Shown: positions 56,237-64,000, counted from the first letter of the stretch. The stretch is 64,000 nt of DNA from a virus (IMGVR_UViG_3300050821_004803:1113-65112); one strand, 5' to 3'. Program-made: numbers and translations. Notes: generated by a model from the sequence alone, not told the origin.

Positions 56237-56524
56237 TTATTTTGACAAAAACTTATTAAATATCTGGGTTAGGTGTTGGGTAACGACGCCATCAGAGGCG
56301 TGCCTAGCTAAGAAGGAGTTAAATTTAGTCACCTGGACAGTCAAAAGCTTACCCGTAAAAGTGATTGCAAGGTCAACATCGTGGGTAGATACCGAACCGA
56401 AGAGAGGGGTTTGGCCTGGCTCTGTGGTGATAGCAAACTTGGTGAAGTCCTGTTGGTCAGATTTGACTTTTTCAAGCAGGGTGTTAAACTGATCCTGGGT
56501 ACACGGGAAATCTACTGTAACCAT
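56237..56524 (-). CDS. hypothetical protein
   Basis: TAATG coupling with the upstream gene. Confidence 0.6.
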   Translation of the reverse strand: MVTVDFPCTQDQFNTLLEKVKSDQQDFTKFAITTEPGQTPLFGSVSTHDVDLAITFTGKLLTVQVTKFNSFLARHASDGVVTQHLTQIFNKFLSK

Positions 56525-56925
56525 TAAACCTTTTCCTTTGGATATTTTAGGCGCATAAAAGCCTTTGTGGTGTCTACAACAACCATTTCTTCAAGTTGTC
56601 GCTTGGTTTTCTTGGTGGTCATGGCGCAGGTGAGGCAATGCACCATCTCATGCACTACGTCGGTTTCGCGCTCTCGTTTGGAGTCTTCAGCCAGCGCCGG
56701 AAGATAGAAGTCGAAATTAGCTACTCGGTACTCCCATAGAGGTCGAACTCTGGCTCGAACGTTGGGATTATCGGCAAACTCGGTCGTTTTGAACTTGAGG
56801 AAGAACTCCCAGTGTTCAAGACCAAGTACGGGCTTCCAATAGTCAATGTAGGTAAGTATTTCTTGGTAGAGGTGTTTGTAGCCGGACTCAAGTCCGTCGA
56901 AGGGTTTGATTTTAGTTTTTCCCAT
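56524..56925 (-). CDS. HExxH Zn-metallopeptidase-like protein
   Basis: VVHEMVHCL; GGAG RBS. Confidence 0.7.
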   Translation of the reverse strand: MGKTKIKPFDGLESGYKHLYQEILTYIDYWKPVLGLEHWEFFLKFKTTEFADNPNVRARVRPLWEYRVANFDFYLPALAEDSKRERETDVVHEMVHCLTCAMTTKKTKRQLEEMVVVDTTKAFMRLKYPKEKV

Positions 56926-57971
56926 TTAGCGGGGGTCTCCATAAGGAAACGGCGTGCGTCGTCTCCAAGGGCGTCATGTTTAGTCTTTTCAATGCTAAGG
57001 TTACGTCCTCCCTCGTCGCCGCCTCCCCAGAAACAAGTATCCACGTCAGGGCGGATTGTTCGGTAGAAGTGTCGGGCTTGGTCCATAGTGTGCCACGATA
57101 GATCACGGGGTTGTAGTCCAACCCAACCATAATATTGGTTTTTTCGTATAAAGGTTTCGAGAAATTGGCCGTTCGGACCAATAATTCCACAGGTGAGGGA
57201 TTTGATATCCCCTCGTCGGATCTTGTTGAAGAGTTCTCGTCCGGGTGGATACATGACGCGATGAAGTGCAGGCCACTCAGGGTACCTATCGCCATACCCC
57301 CAAGGACGAGTAGTTCCAGTATTTCGTGGGGAACGCGGGTCGAATATCCAAGCGAATGTGTAGATGCGAAGATCAAAGCAGCAACGAATACAAAAAAGCT
57401 GGTAATGCTCAATATTCCGGAGAACTTGCTCATAGGCTTCCTTTTTGAACGGTACAAAAGCTAAAAAATCGTCTTTACGTGTGAGACGCCAAGAGAAGTC
57501 AAACATCTTCCAATCCCCGCACTGGCAACATCTACGACCCAAAAGATGGGCTATCCGAATCCATAGTCGCGTGACCTCCATCTTGTCTTCAAGAGCGGGC
57601 CACGGAAACAGTCCTCCGGCTTTGTGCCAAGCCTGGATACGGTCTAACTTAAGAAGAAAGGCTTTCTTGTGGGCATCCATCTTCTTTTTCTTCCGAGCAT
57701 ACCACCCTACCCAATCTGGGTGAGTCAGTTCTTTCCATGTCCCGTCAGTAAGTTGTATCCAGATTGTTTTTGGAGGTTTGCGTTCTTTCAGTCGTTTCTG
57801 GGATTTCTGGGAGTCGCTCCGCTGGGCATTCAGGAGCTTTTGCTTCTCCAGAAGTTGGGCTTTGTCCTCCGAAGCCAAGGATGCGTAACGCTCTCTCTGC
57901 TTCCTGTTTCTCTCTTCCAGCTCTTCCACCGTAGCGTTTTTCCAGTCTTTGGGCACGAGTAGTCCTTTCAT
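56721..57971 (-). CDS. basic protein with degenerate HNH-like Zn finger
   Basis: LLGRRCCQCG...YQLFCIRC; charged N-terminus. Confidence 0.55.
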   Translation of the reverse strand: MKGLLVPKDWKNATVEELEERNRKQRERYASLASEDKAQLLEKQKLLNAQRSDSQKSQKRLKERKPPKTIWIQLTDGTWKELTHPDWVGWYARKKKKMDAHKKAFLLKLDRIQAWHKAGGLFPWPALEDKMEVTRLWIRIAHLLGRRCCQCGDWKMFDFSWRLTRKDDFLAFVPFKKEAYEQVLRNIEHYQLFCIRCCFDLRIYTFAWIFDPRSPRNTGTTRPWGYGDRYPEWPALHRVMYPPGRELFNKIRRGDIKSLTCGIIGPNGQFLETFIRKNQYYGWVGLQPRDLSWHTMDQARHFYRTIRPDVDTCFWGGGDEGGRNLSIEKTKHDALGDDARRFLMETPAKWEKLKSNPSTDLSPATNTSTKKYLPTLTIGSPYLVLNTGSSSSSSKRPSLPIIPTFEPEFDLYGSTE

Positions 57972-58233
57972 ATCTTTGACTTAGGCAGTGTTTACAGTGT
58001 AGGGTTAGTTGTTCGGCAGGAATCAGTCCTTGAGTAAAGTTCTGATAAATAAGGTCCTTACGAGCAGACTTAAACCACTGGAGTTGGCTAGCCTCGTATT
58101 CCGCACTCACCTCGACATACAGCTTCCAAAAGTCTTTTTCGTCGCAAGTAGAACAAACACCACCCTTTAAAACTTTTATCAGGTGGATAAGTTCGTTCTC
58201 GAAGGAGGTTTTTCTACCGTTTTGTATTACCAT
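57745..58233 (-). CDS. degenerate HNH-like Zn-finger protein
   Basis: LKGGVCSTC...LTLHCKHC; ATG 58233 lies just downstream of the promoter motif. Confidence 0.55.
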   Translation of the reverse strand: MVIQNGRKTSFENELIHLIKVLKGGVCSTCDEKDFWKLYVEVSAEYEASQLQWFKSARKDLIYQNFTQGLIPAEQLTLHCKHCLSQRYERTTRAQRLEKRYGGRAGREKQEAERALRILGFGGQSPTSGEAKAPECPAERLPEIPETTERTQTSKNNLDTTY

Positions 58234-58238
58234 AGGCT

Positions 58239-58269
58239 TATTAGTATCCACAAAGCCGTCCAGTACAAC
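58239..58269 (-). promoter_or_regulatory. putative phage-sigma promoter GTTGTA-N15-GATACTAATA
   Basis: Head of the whole minus-strand gene block. Confidence 0.75.
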
Positions 58270-58280
58270 CTGTCATTTTC

Positions 58281-58546
58281 GGTGCAACAAATCGACAACA
58301 TTTCAAAAGATGGGTGGCGAATAAACAAGAGTATTATATAATAACTATATATTTTGACCGTGTTATAAGATTATGTGTTGTTGCTTATACGCCGTCCGTC
58401 TTTTACAGAGTTGTCGATTTGTTGCACCTACGCCAGGCCAAAACCCCTCTAAAAGGTATGAGGGGTTAGCCTGGATTACGTGCAAGTGTTGTAGAATGTG
58501 TAGGTTATGCGACTTATAACTCGGCCTACGGCCTCACTATAAGTCT
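58281..58546. other. origin-like non-coding region
   Basis: 19-bp perfect IR 58281-58299/58410-58428 around an AT-rich core; back-to-back motif pair 58433-58474; hairpin GACTTATA/TATAAGTC. Confidence 0.55.
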
Positions 58547-58751
58547 TTTGTTTTCATAGGGTTAAAGTAAAATCGAAAATCCAAAATTCCAAATCACAGT
58601 TCTGGGAGAGGGGACCCATTTTAATGAAACATAAGGCGAGCGATAAGCCTAAACCCTTTGTTATCAGTACCTTTTCGCGTGTGGCGACGCACGTAGAGAA
58701 TAGTTTATTCTTTGCAAGTGGCTTTGTTTTGTTATACATACGAGGTGTCTG

Positions 58752-58764
58752 TAAGTCGTTGATT
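58752..58764 (-). promoter_or_regulatory. IHF-like binding site
   Basis: AATCAACGACTTA matches WATCAAnnnnTTR; weaker look-alikes near 58484, 58540, 58650 and 58716. Confidence 0.45.
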
Positions 58765-59067
58765 CTAAAGGCTTTATGCCTGACAGAGCGAACGGATGCA
58801 AACTAGGTCATGACAAAGCGCCAAAAAGGCGAAGAAAAAGCGAAAATTGCCGGAGCGAATCGACCCGGAAAGTGCAATCGGCTCTCGACTGCTGCCGTGA
58901 CTGGCCCGGTTGATGTTTGTCGGTTGAGTAACGGACCTACGAGTCCGACAACGTTCCGAGTGGACAGCGGGGAAGGTGAAAATCCTTCCCCCGCACTCTA
59001 CACAGGATGCATACGCATCGTTCGTACTGTGATTGACAACCTAACAGACTAAGCGATAGGGGGCAAC

Positions 59068-59256
59068 ATGAACGATTATTCCTCTACACTGGCTAAGTTA
59101 TTCGGTTGGCGTTTGATGGGCGACATTACCACGGACGAGTATGTCACGTTGGTAGTTGAAACGCAGCGTTTGTTACTTGCAGGTAAACTAACAATCACTG
59201 CGCATTGGCCATATATCTGGGAATCTCCGGAGGTGTTGTATGGCTCAACCCGTTGA
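59068..59256 (+). CDS. hypothetical protein
   Basis: AGGGGG RBS; first gene of the right-hand + strand block. Confidence 0.5.
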   Translation: MNDYSSTLAKLFGWRLMGDITTDEYVTLVVETQRLLLAGKLTITAHWPYIWESPEVLYGSTR

Positions 59257-59683
59257 CGCCACTTGCAGACTCTGTTTCAAACTACGTCGTGATTGCGAGT
59301 GTATCGCAGGGCGACGTGGGGGCAAACAGATTGACGACTTTCATCCAGCCTTTGCCATTGCTCACGAGTACATCCGTGAAGAGATGTTCTTTGGCAAGGA
59401 AAAGCACAAGACTGCACTCGAACTTCTCAAGTCATCCAAGGCTATGTACCTTGAGGATTACATTCAATCTCATGGGCGGAATCTTGAAGGATTTGAGCGT
59501 ATGCGTCTTGACAAAGACGACCTTAGGCTTGAACGTATGGCTGATGGCCGATTATTCGCTACCATGCAAAAAATGCGTGATAGGCGAAGCAACGGACCTA
59601 CTACGCAAGGGAGAGCGGCAGAATCGAGTCGTGAGGTAATTGCACGATTCAAGGCTGCCCGTAGTTTGCCCCAAGCAACGTAG
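59240..59683 (+). CDS. hypothetical protein
   Basis: GGAGG RBS; CRLC...CEC. Confidence 0.65.
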   Translation: MAQPVDATCRLCFKLRRDCECIAGRRGGKQIDDFHPAFAIAHEYIREEMFFGKEKHKTALELLKSSKAMYLEDYIQSHGRNLEGFERMRLDKDDLRLERMADGRLFATMQKMRDRRSNGPTTQGRAAESSREVIARFKAARSLPQAT

Positions 59684-59728
59684 ACTCTACCGTAATCCAA
59701 CGCAACATCTTGCACTCACCCAATCACG

Positions 59729-60169
59729 GTGAGAGAAAGTAAGTGTGTTATGCCTACTCCTATCGTTACCGTATCGCAACCAATCAAGACTCGTGAGCAA
59801 ATGAATCAAGCTTTGAGCGAACTTTTGTCGTCCGATCATGTTGATTGGACTAACATTGGCGTCGTGAAGCCTCACGAGGAACGCACCGAAGCTGGTGCAA
59901 AGACGGGTGAGATTCTTGGTATGTATCTCACATCGCAATTCCGTCTTCCGGGTGTCCACGCCGCAACCTTCGATGGAGACAAGTTCTACACGAAGAATCT
60001 GGCCGTAAAGGTCGATTTCTTCAAACTCTCCGAGTCCGAGTTTGCTGTCACACCCACCGCTGCCAAGTCCGAAGCTGCCAGCATCGACGCTGGTACGCTC
60101 AAGGAACGCATCGCACAAGCGAAAGCTTATGCGGCAACCAAGACTCAGAAAGTTGCATCTCCCGCTTAG
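59729..60169 (+). CDS. hypothetical protein (probably highly expressed)
   Basis: Biased codon use; followed by a strong terminator; likely start 59750. Confidence 0.7.
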   Translation: MRESKCVMPTPIVTVSQPIKTREQMNQALSELLSSDHVDWTNIGVVKPHEERTEAGAKTGEILGMYLTSQFRLPGVHAATFDGDKFYTKNLAVKVDFFKLSESEFAVTPTAAKSEAASIDAGTLKERIAQAKAYAATKTQKVASPA

Positions 60170-60194
60170 TCTGTTAGGTTCACCTTGCACTCGC

Positions 60195-60231
60195 CCCACC
60201 TTCAGAACACCGAAGGTGGGTTTTTTTTTTT
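60195..60231 (+). terminator. rho-independent terminator
   Basis: CCCACCTTC-N8-GAAGGTGGG followed by T11. Confidence 0.9.
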
Positions 60232-60678
60232 GCTCTGGCGAAAAAAGCGAAAGAAAAGCAAAGGCATCCCGAACGGCTGAAAATCGCACTCGAACCCGTC
60301 AGCCAGATGCCCCGCAATCGAGCGGAAACGGGCCTAGAATCCACCGAAACGGCAATCAAGCCACTACCCCACCGGAAAATCGAGAAAATCGCACTTAGCT
60401 CGATTTTGAGCCAAATTGGAGGCTTCATCATGTATGCGCATATCACACTCGCAGTCAGCTTCGGAGTCATCTTGGGTTGTATGGTATGGGCGAGCGTACA
60501 TGACGCGCGACGTACACATACGCGCGTACTACCTCGTGCGCGCCATTACGTAGGCCCGCACCCTGTCATGCGCACACGCATATAGCACACATGCAGGTGT
60601 TACGTGAAGCGCGCAGCGGTATTGTATCACTCAACTTCCTTGGCTCACACCTTAGACCTCCTCGTAAGGAGTTTGCCA

Positions 60679-60947
60679 TGATCTACAAACATGTATTTGT
60701 ATTCCAGACAGATGCCCCGTTAGACCAGCACCACCATAACCTAGTGGACAAGTTGTTCTTCCACATCGGCGCACAACTGTGCCACACCTTTGATCTACGG
60801 GCCTGTGTAAATCAACCAGCCAATCAACCCATCAAGATTCCTAACGCATTGTCAAATGGACAATCCTACACGCTAAGCGAGGAGGAACATGCTACGACTA
60901 ACAACAGCGAGTGGAAGCATTTACCACATCGACACAACCAATCGTAG
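60679..60947 (+). CDS. hypothetical protein
   Basis: AAGGAG RBS before the ATG at about 60678 (MIYKHV...), within ORF 60591-60947. Confidence 0.5.
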
Positions 60948-61239
60948 GTGGGCGCGTGTCCACCACTCCCCACACTCAACTGGCCTACGCACGGAACAAG
61001 GCACATTTACACAAATATCGCCCATACGCATCAACCAATGCCTTGTGATTGCTGCGCCGCCCATTGACAAACGTTGTAGCGTGCGTATCATCGAAACCAG
61101 TGAGATCACCTCAATTGACTACACCCCGGACCTACTCATACACATTCCGCAACGGCTTATGTTAGCGGATATCAACCCCCAGGCTAACCCCTCTCAACGT
61201 TTGACTCTGGATAAAATTGTTGAAGAATACGGAATGTAG
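60889..61239 (+). CDS. hypothetical protein (paralog of 2424-2699)
   Basis: GGAGG RBS; TASGSIYHID motif. Confidence 0.7.
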   Translation: MLRLTTASGSIYHIDTTNRRWARVHHSPHSTGLRTEQGTFTQISPIRINQCLVIAAPPIDKRCSVRIIETSEITSIDYTPDLLIHIPQRLMLADINPQANPSQRLTLDKIVEEYGM

Positions 61240-61655
61240 ATGGCGAGTGGGACGCTTAGGCTTATGAGCGTTCAGTTTGCCAATGGGCGACAGTATGTGC
61301 CCATTTGAGGGTAGGAACACCAACGGACTACAGTCAGGCTGACTAACGTATCACAACTCCGCATTGGTGCAAAACCTACCTTCAAATGGTTACATATTAT
61401 GTTTGAAGTCCTTCCACGTAACTGCCACCATAGTGCAACCTTGGAAAAGGCCACACCTATTGTGATAGTGGAAGCCTTCCAGCGACACACAGCCTACGCT
61501 TAGGCTAGAACATTCTCCATATCCTGCGTCCAGCTCCACAGGCAGGGACAGTATAGAGTGGGGGGAACATAAACTCTCATTGGAAGATGCCTGTGTGTCG
61601 TTTTATGCTTAGTCACAACCGGAGTCCGGCAATGAAGACTCAATCCCGAGAGGAT
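61240..61655 (+). ncRNA. putative structured ncRNA (~400 nt)
   Basis: Stems 61301-61315/61375-61389, 61411-61417/61468-61474, 61483-61492/61591-61600; no + strand ORF. Confidence 0.55.
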
Positions 61656-61660
61656 GACCA

Positions 61661-62107
61661 ATGATGAGACAGCATTTAACGCAAGTTTCAAAAATCAATG
61701 ATTTGTATCAGGGTCTATGTGACTGTGGAACCGCTTGGACGGCTACGAAGTATATTTCGCGTTGCCCCGTCCAAGCCGATGAGGACGCATCTCCTGAAAA
61801 AGAAGTGGTCCAAGGGGAGGGGAGAGCGCCCGAGATAGTGATTGCAAACATCACCGTCGGTCAGGCGTACGAATGTGGACGGCGGCAATTCTTGGGGCCG
61901 ATGGAGTACTACAAAAGTAAGTATGAAAAAACCTTGGCCGAACTCACCGCACTCAGGAACGCTGAGACGCCAGAGAGTGCGTGGAATAGGGCAATCAAAG
62001 CAATTCTCTCAACACTTCGTCTCTACGAGGATAATCCAGAGTTTGGGATTTATTTAGAGACATTACCCTACACCCCACCTAACCCTCAGACTGGACAGGA
62101 AAAATGA
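61661..62107 (+). CDS. hypothetical protein
   Basis: GAGG RBS; coupled to the next gene. Confidence 0.6.
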   Translation: MMRQHLTQVSKINDLYQGLCDCGTAWTATKYISRCPVQADEDASPEKEVVQGEGRAPEIVIANITVGQAYECGRRQFLGPMEYYKSKYEKTLAELTALRNAETPESAWNRAIKAILSTLRLYEDNPEFGIYLETLPYTPPNPQTGQEK

Positions 62108-62412
62108 GAATGTATCACATTACAGACCGCGACTTTGAAGACTTCTATGCGTTGATGGAGAAGATCGAGTCCGACAGCAAGTTGGCGTATGGTAACGGTC
62201 CTGTCGTCAACCAGAAATATGTTCTTGAGGAACTTCGCCGTAATTATCGCTATTACTTTATCGGTTGGCGAAACCGCATGATGGGCGGAGATACTTACTT
62301 TCGTGGTCCAGATCCGCCTCGCGATGATACGCATAAATACATCCGCGCTGAGATCGATAGACTACAAAGATTATTGCCCAAGGCGGACCCTCAGATAGCG
62401 ACAGACTCTTAA
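62104..62412 (+). CDS. hypothetical protein
   Basis: AGGA RBS; ATGA overlap. Confidence 0.65.
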   Translation: MRMYHITDRDFEDFYALMEKIESDSKLAYGNGPVVNQKYVLEELRRNYRYYFIGWRNRMMGGDTYFRGPDPPRDDTHKYIRAEIDRLQRLLPKADPQIATDS

Positions 62413-62424
62413 AGGAACACTCCG

Positions 62425-62823
62425 ATGAAACGAATCCTTCAACTCGGAACTTTCGGCCTATGCGTGGCAACCCTCCAGGCCCAAACCCCTCTATCCCCAC
62501 CACATGACCATAAATTCTTCGACAAAACCAACCTCTCGTTGTTCTCGGCGGATTTCCTCACCCGCACACTTGACGCAAAAACCACGGAAGACTTCCTACA
62601 CAATCCCTGTGGATGCTTCCACGAGCAAAACATTCCTTTCGCCACTGGTACCCGTGTTGGCACGTATGGTTATTCGCTGGGCATTGCTGGGGTTGTTGTT
62701 GGCTTGTCTTATGTTGCTCACCGCACAGGTCATCATAAGCTAGAGCGATTAATTCCGCTTGAAGATGTGGGATATGATGGACGATTGGTTATCAACAATA
62801 TCAAGTTGAACAGGAGCAAATAA
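62425..62823 (+). CDS. secreted/membrane hypothetical protein
   Basis: Signal peptide; KFFDKTN...HRTGHHKLER motif. Confidence 0.7.
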   Translation: MKRILQLGTFGLCVATLQAQTPLSPPHDHKFFDKTNLSLFSADFLTRTLDAKTTEDFLHNPCGCFHEQNIPFATGTRVGTYGYSLGIAGVVVGLSYVAHRTGHHKLERLIPLEDVGYDGRLVINNIKLNRSK

Positions 62824-63033
62824 GTGGCTCGCGGACCTCTTCATAACGTATATCGGCGCACCTATCATGTTGCGTGCGCTCTTGAATCGTCCAAACGCCC
62901 CATTGAACGGCAGTTCTCGGTGTTGATGCACAAAATATCTCACGCACTCCACGATATTCAAACAGGAGAAAATCCTGAAGTTTCTATTAAACGAGCGTTG
63001 GAAGAAGAAAAAATCCTACGTAGATACTTATAA
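62824..63033 (+). CDS. hypothetical protein
   Basis: AGGAG RBS; abuts the upstream stop. Confidence 0.5.
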   Translation: MARGPLHNVYRRTYHVACALESSKRPIERQFSVLMHKISHALHDIQTGENPEVSIKRALEEEKILRRYL

Positions 63034-63112
63034 AGAGGGGTTGGGCCTGGTGGAAGTGGGTACCATACAACGAGCAACGAAGAACGGTTATTGTTGAAAA
63101 GGGGACCAAAAA

Positions 63113-63463
63113 ATGCGTAAGCTCATTATTAAAGAATCGAAGTGGTATCGCGGGTTAGGTTCTGGCTCGCGGTTGTTGGTCCCGCTAGACGGTCGCATGT
63201 GCTGTTTGGGATTTGATTCGTTGGCGTGTGGAGCTACGGAGCAACAAATCCTTGGCGTCACATTTCCGTCGAATCTCGTCCCAACATTGGAAAAGCAGAA
63301 GTGGTTGTATATCTGCAATCCCAGCGCTCGCGACATGGGTTCCTACCAAAGCCGTATTGCAGAGGTGAATGACGACAGAAACATCACAGAGAGCGAACGC
63401 AAAAATCTCCTATCTGAGCTATTCCGTGAAGGTGGCAACATCGAACTCGTCTTTGTCCCATAA
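63113..63463 (+). CDS. conserved phage hypothetical protein
   Basis: W.RG....L....GRMCCLG...ND pattern. Confidence 0.7.
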   Translation: MRKLIIKESKWYRGLGSGSRLLVPLDGRMCCLGFDSLACGATEQQILGVTFPSNLVPTLEKQKWLYICNPSARDMGSYQSRIAEVNDDRNITESERKNLLSELFREGGNIELVFVP

Positions 63464-63514
63464 CCCCCACGCAGCCCTCCCCAGAACTGACATAACTCAC
63501 CAAAGGAGAACCAA

Positions 63515-63790
63515 ATGATTGTCAAAGCAGCAAAAGTTGAAGTCAAGGAAGTGGAAGAAGAGGGTCTTATTTGCTTTCTTGAGAAACAGGTGTTGTTGTT
63601 TTGTCTCAACTACATCTACGCGGGTAAACTTGTGGGCGTGAACGACACTTTCGTCAAGCTTGATGATGCAAAGGTCGTTTATCAAACAGGGTCCTTTACT
63701 TCGAAAGGCTATGCCGACGCACAATCCGTCCCAGGTAATGTTTGGTACGTGCAGCGTTCCGCTATTGAATCTTTTGGCGCGGGAAAGTAG
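63515..63790 (+). CDS. Sm/LSm-like small beta-barrel protein
   Basis: AAAGGAG RBS; YIYAGKLVGVND..VKLDDA..VY.TG...AIESFG. Confidence 0.7.
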   Translation: MIVKAAKVEVKEVEEEGLICFLEKQVLLFCLNYIYAGKLVGVNDTFVKLDDAKVVYQTGSFTSKGYADAQSVPGNVWYVQRSAIESFGAGK

Positions 63791-63797
63791 GACTTCC

Positions 63798-64000
63798 ATG
63801 TTGCGAGCACGGAAACAACGCTGGTCTTGGTCTGGGTCTGGGTCTTGGTCTGGATCTAGGTCTTGGTCTGGGTCTGGGTCTTGGTCTGGGTCTAGGTCTT
63901 GGTCTGGGTCCGGGTCTGGGTCTGGGTCTGGGTCTGGGTCTAGGTCTTGGTCTTGGTCTGGGTCTTGGTCTTGGTCTGGGTCTGGGTCTGGGTCTGGGTC
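63798..64000 (+). CDS. (W/G/R)S dipeptide-repeat protein, truncated by the window end
   Basis: MLRARKQR then WSWSGSGSWSGSRS... encoded by tandem (T/G/A)GGTCT hexamers. Confidence 0.65.
   Translation, partial: MLRARKQRWSWSGSGSWSGSRSWSGSGSWSGSRSWSGSGSGSGSGSGSRSWSWSGSWSWSGSGSGSG

Larger units (their letters stand above)
1330..63050. repeat. Dispersed bipartite motif CCAGGC-N(1-3)-AACCCCTC(T), 33 copies on both strands
   Basis: Forward copies start at 1330, 5324, 11388, 17459, 21352, 24553, 28134 (CCAGAC), 31572, 37248, 46435, 49144, 54838, 58433, 61179, 62475. Reverse copies start at 5159, 9914, 14321, 15188, 18653, 21192, 23305, 29089, 30282, 32738, 36277 (CCAGTC), 41384, 45675, 49325, 53019, 56403, 58459, 63034. 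Eleven are the exact 17-mer CCAGGCCAAACCCCTCT. Found by eye, so the count may be incomplete. Confidence 0.97.

Noticed and set aside
60495-60615. Alternating purine-pyrimidine-rich stretch (CGCGCGACGTACACATACGCGCGTAC...)
   Set aside because: Compositionally odd, but no defined repeat unit or function could be supported; partly within a weak ORF
1330-63050. Dispersed motif as CRISPR repeats, REP elements, promoters or stoperators
   Set aside because: Not arrayed, not palindromic, often intragenic, and found in both orientations relative to transcription
1-64000. tRNA, rRNA, CRISPR array, reverse transcriptase/DGR, transposase
   Set aside because: No cloverleaf, repeat-spacer array, RT or transposase motifs recognised by eye; software could still find divergent cases

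Overview
The window looks like most of a circularly permuted, podovirus-type dsDNA phage genome; both ends fall in small early genes. An Acidobacteriota-like host is a weak guess. The + strand (1-24.9 kb and 59-64 kb) carries early genes, a phiEco32-like amidoligase cluster (3 COOH-NH2 ligases, class II GATase, ATP-grasp, GGCT) with an ECF-type sigma factor, a replication module (PD-(D/E)xK nuclease, AAA ATPase, SSB-like protein, UDG-fused family A DNA polymerase, DUF3987-like P-loop protein, no recognisable primase), nucleotide-pool enzymes and a tyrosine recombinase. The - strand (24.9-58.3 kb) carries terminase, portal, scaffold, N4-gp56-like capsid, lysis, tail and ejection genes. The main unexplained signal is a bipartite motif, CCAGGC-N1-3-AACCCCTC(T). 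I found 33 copies by eye, spaced fairly evenly on both strands and often inside coding sequence. A back-to-back pair sits beside an origin-like region. A promoter-preceded, rod-shaped ncRNA candidate in the replication module (15135-15340) contains both complementary halves (GAGGGGUU...GCCUGG). I propose, as inference only, an RNA-guided site-recognition or priming system in an apparently primase-less phage. Family assignments come from motif recognition and were not checked with HMM or database searches.
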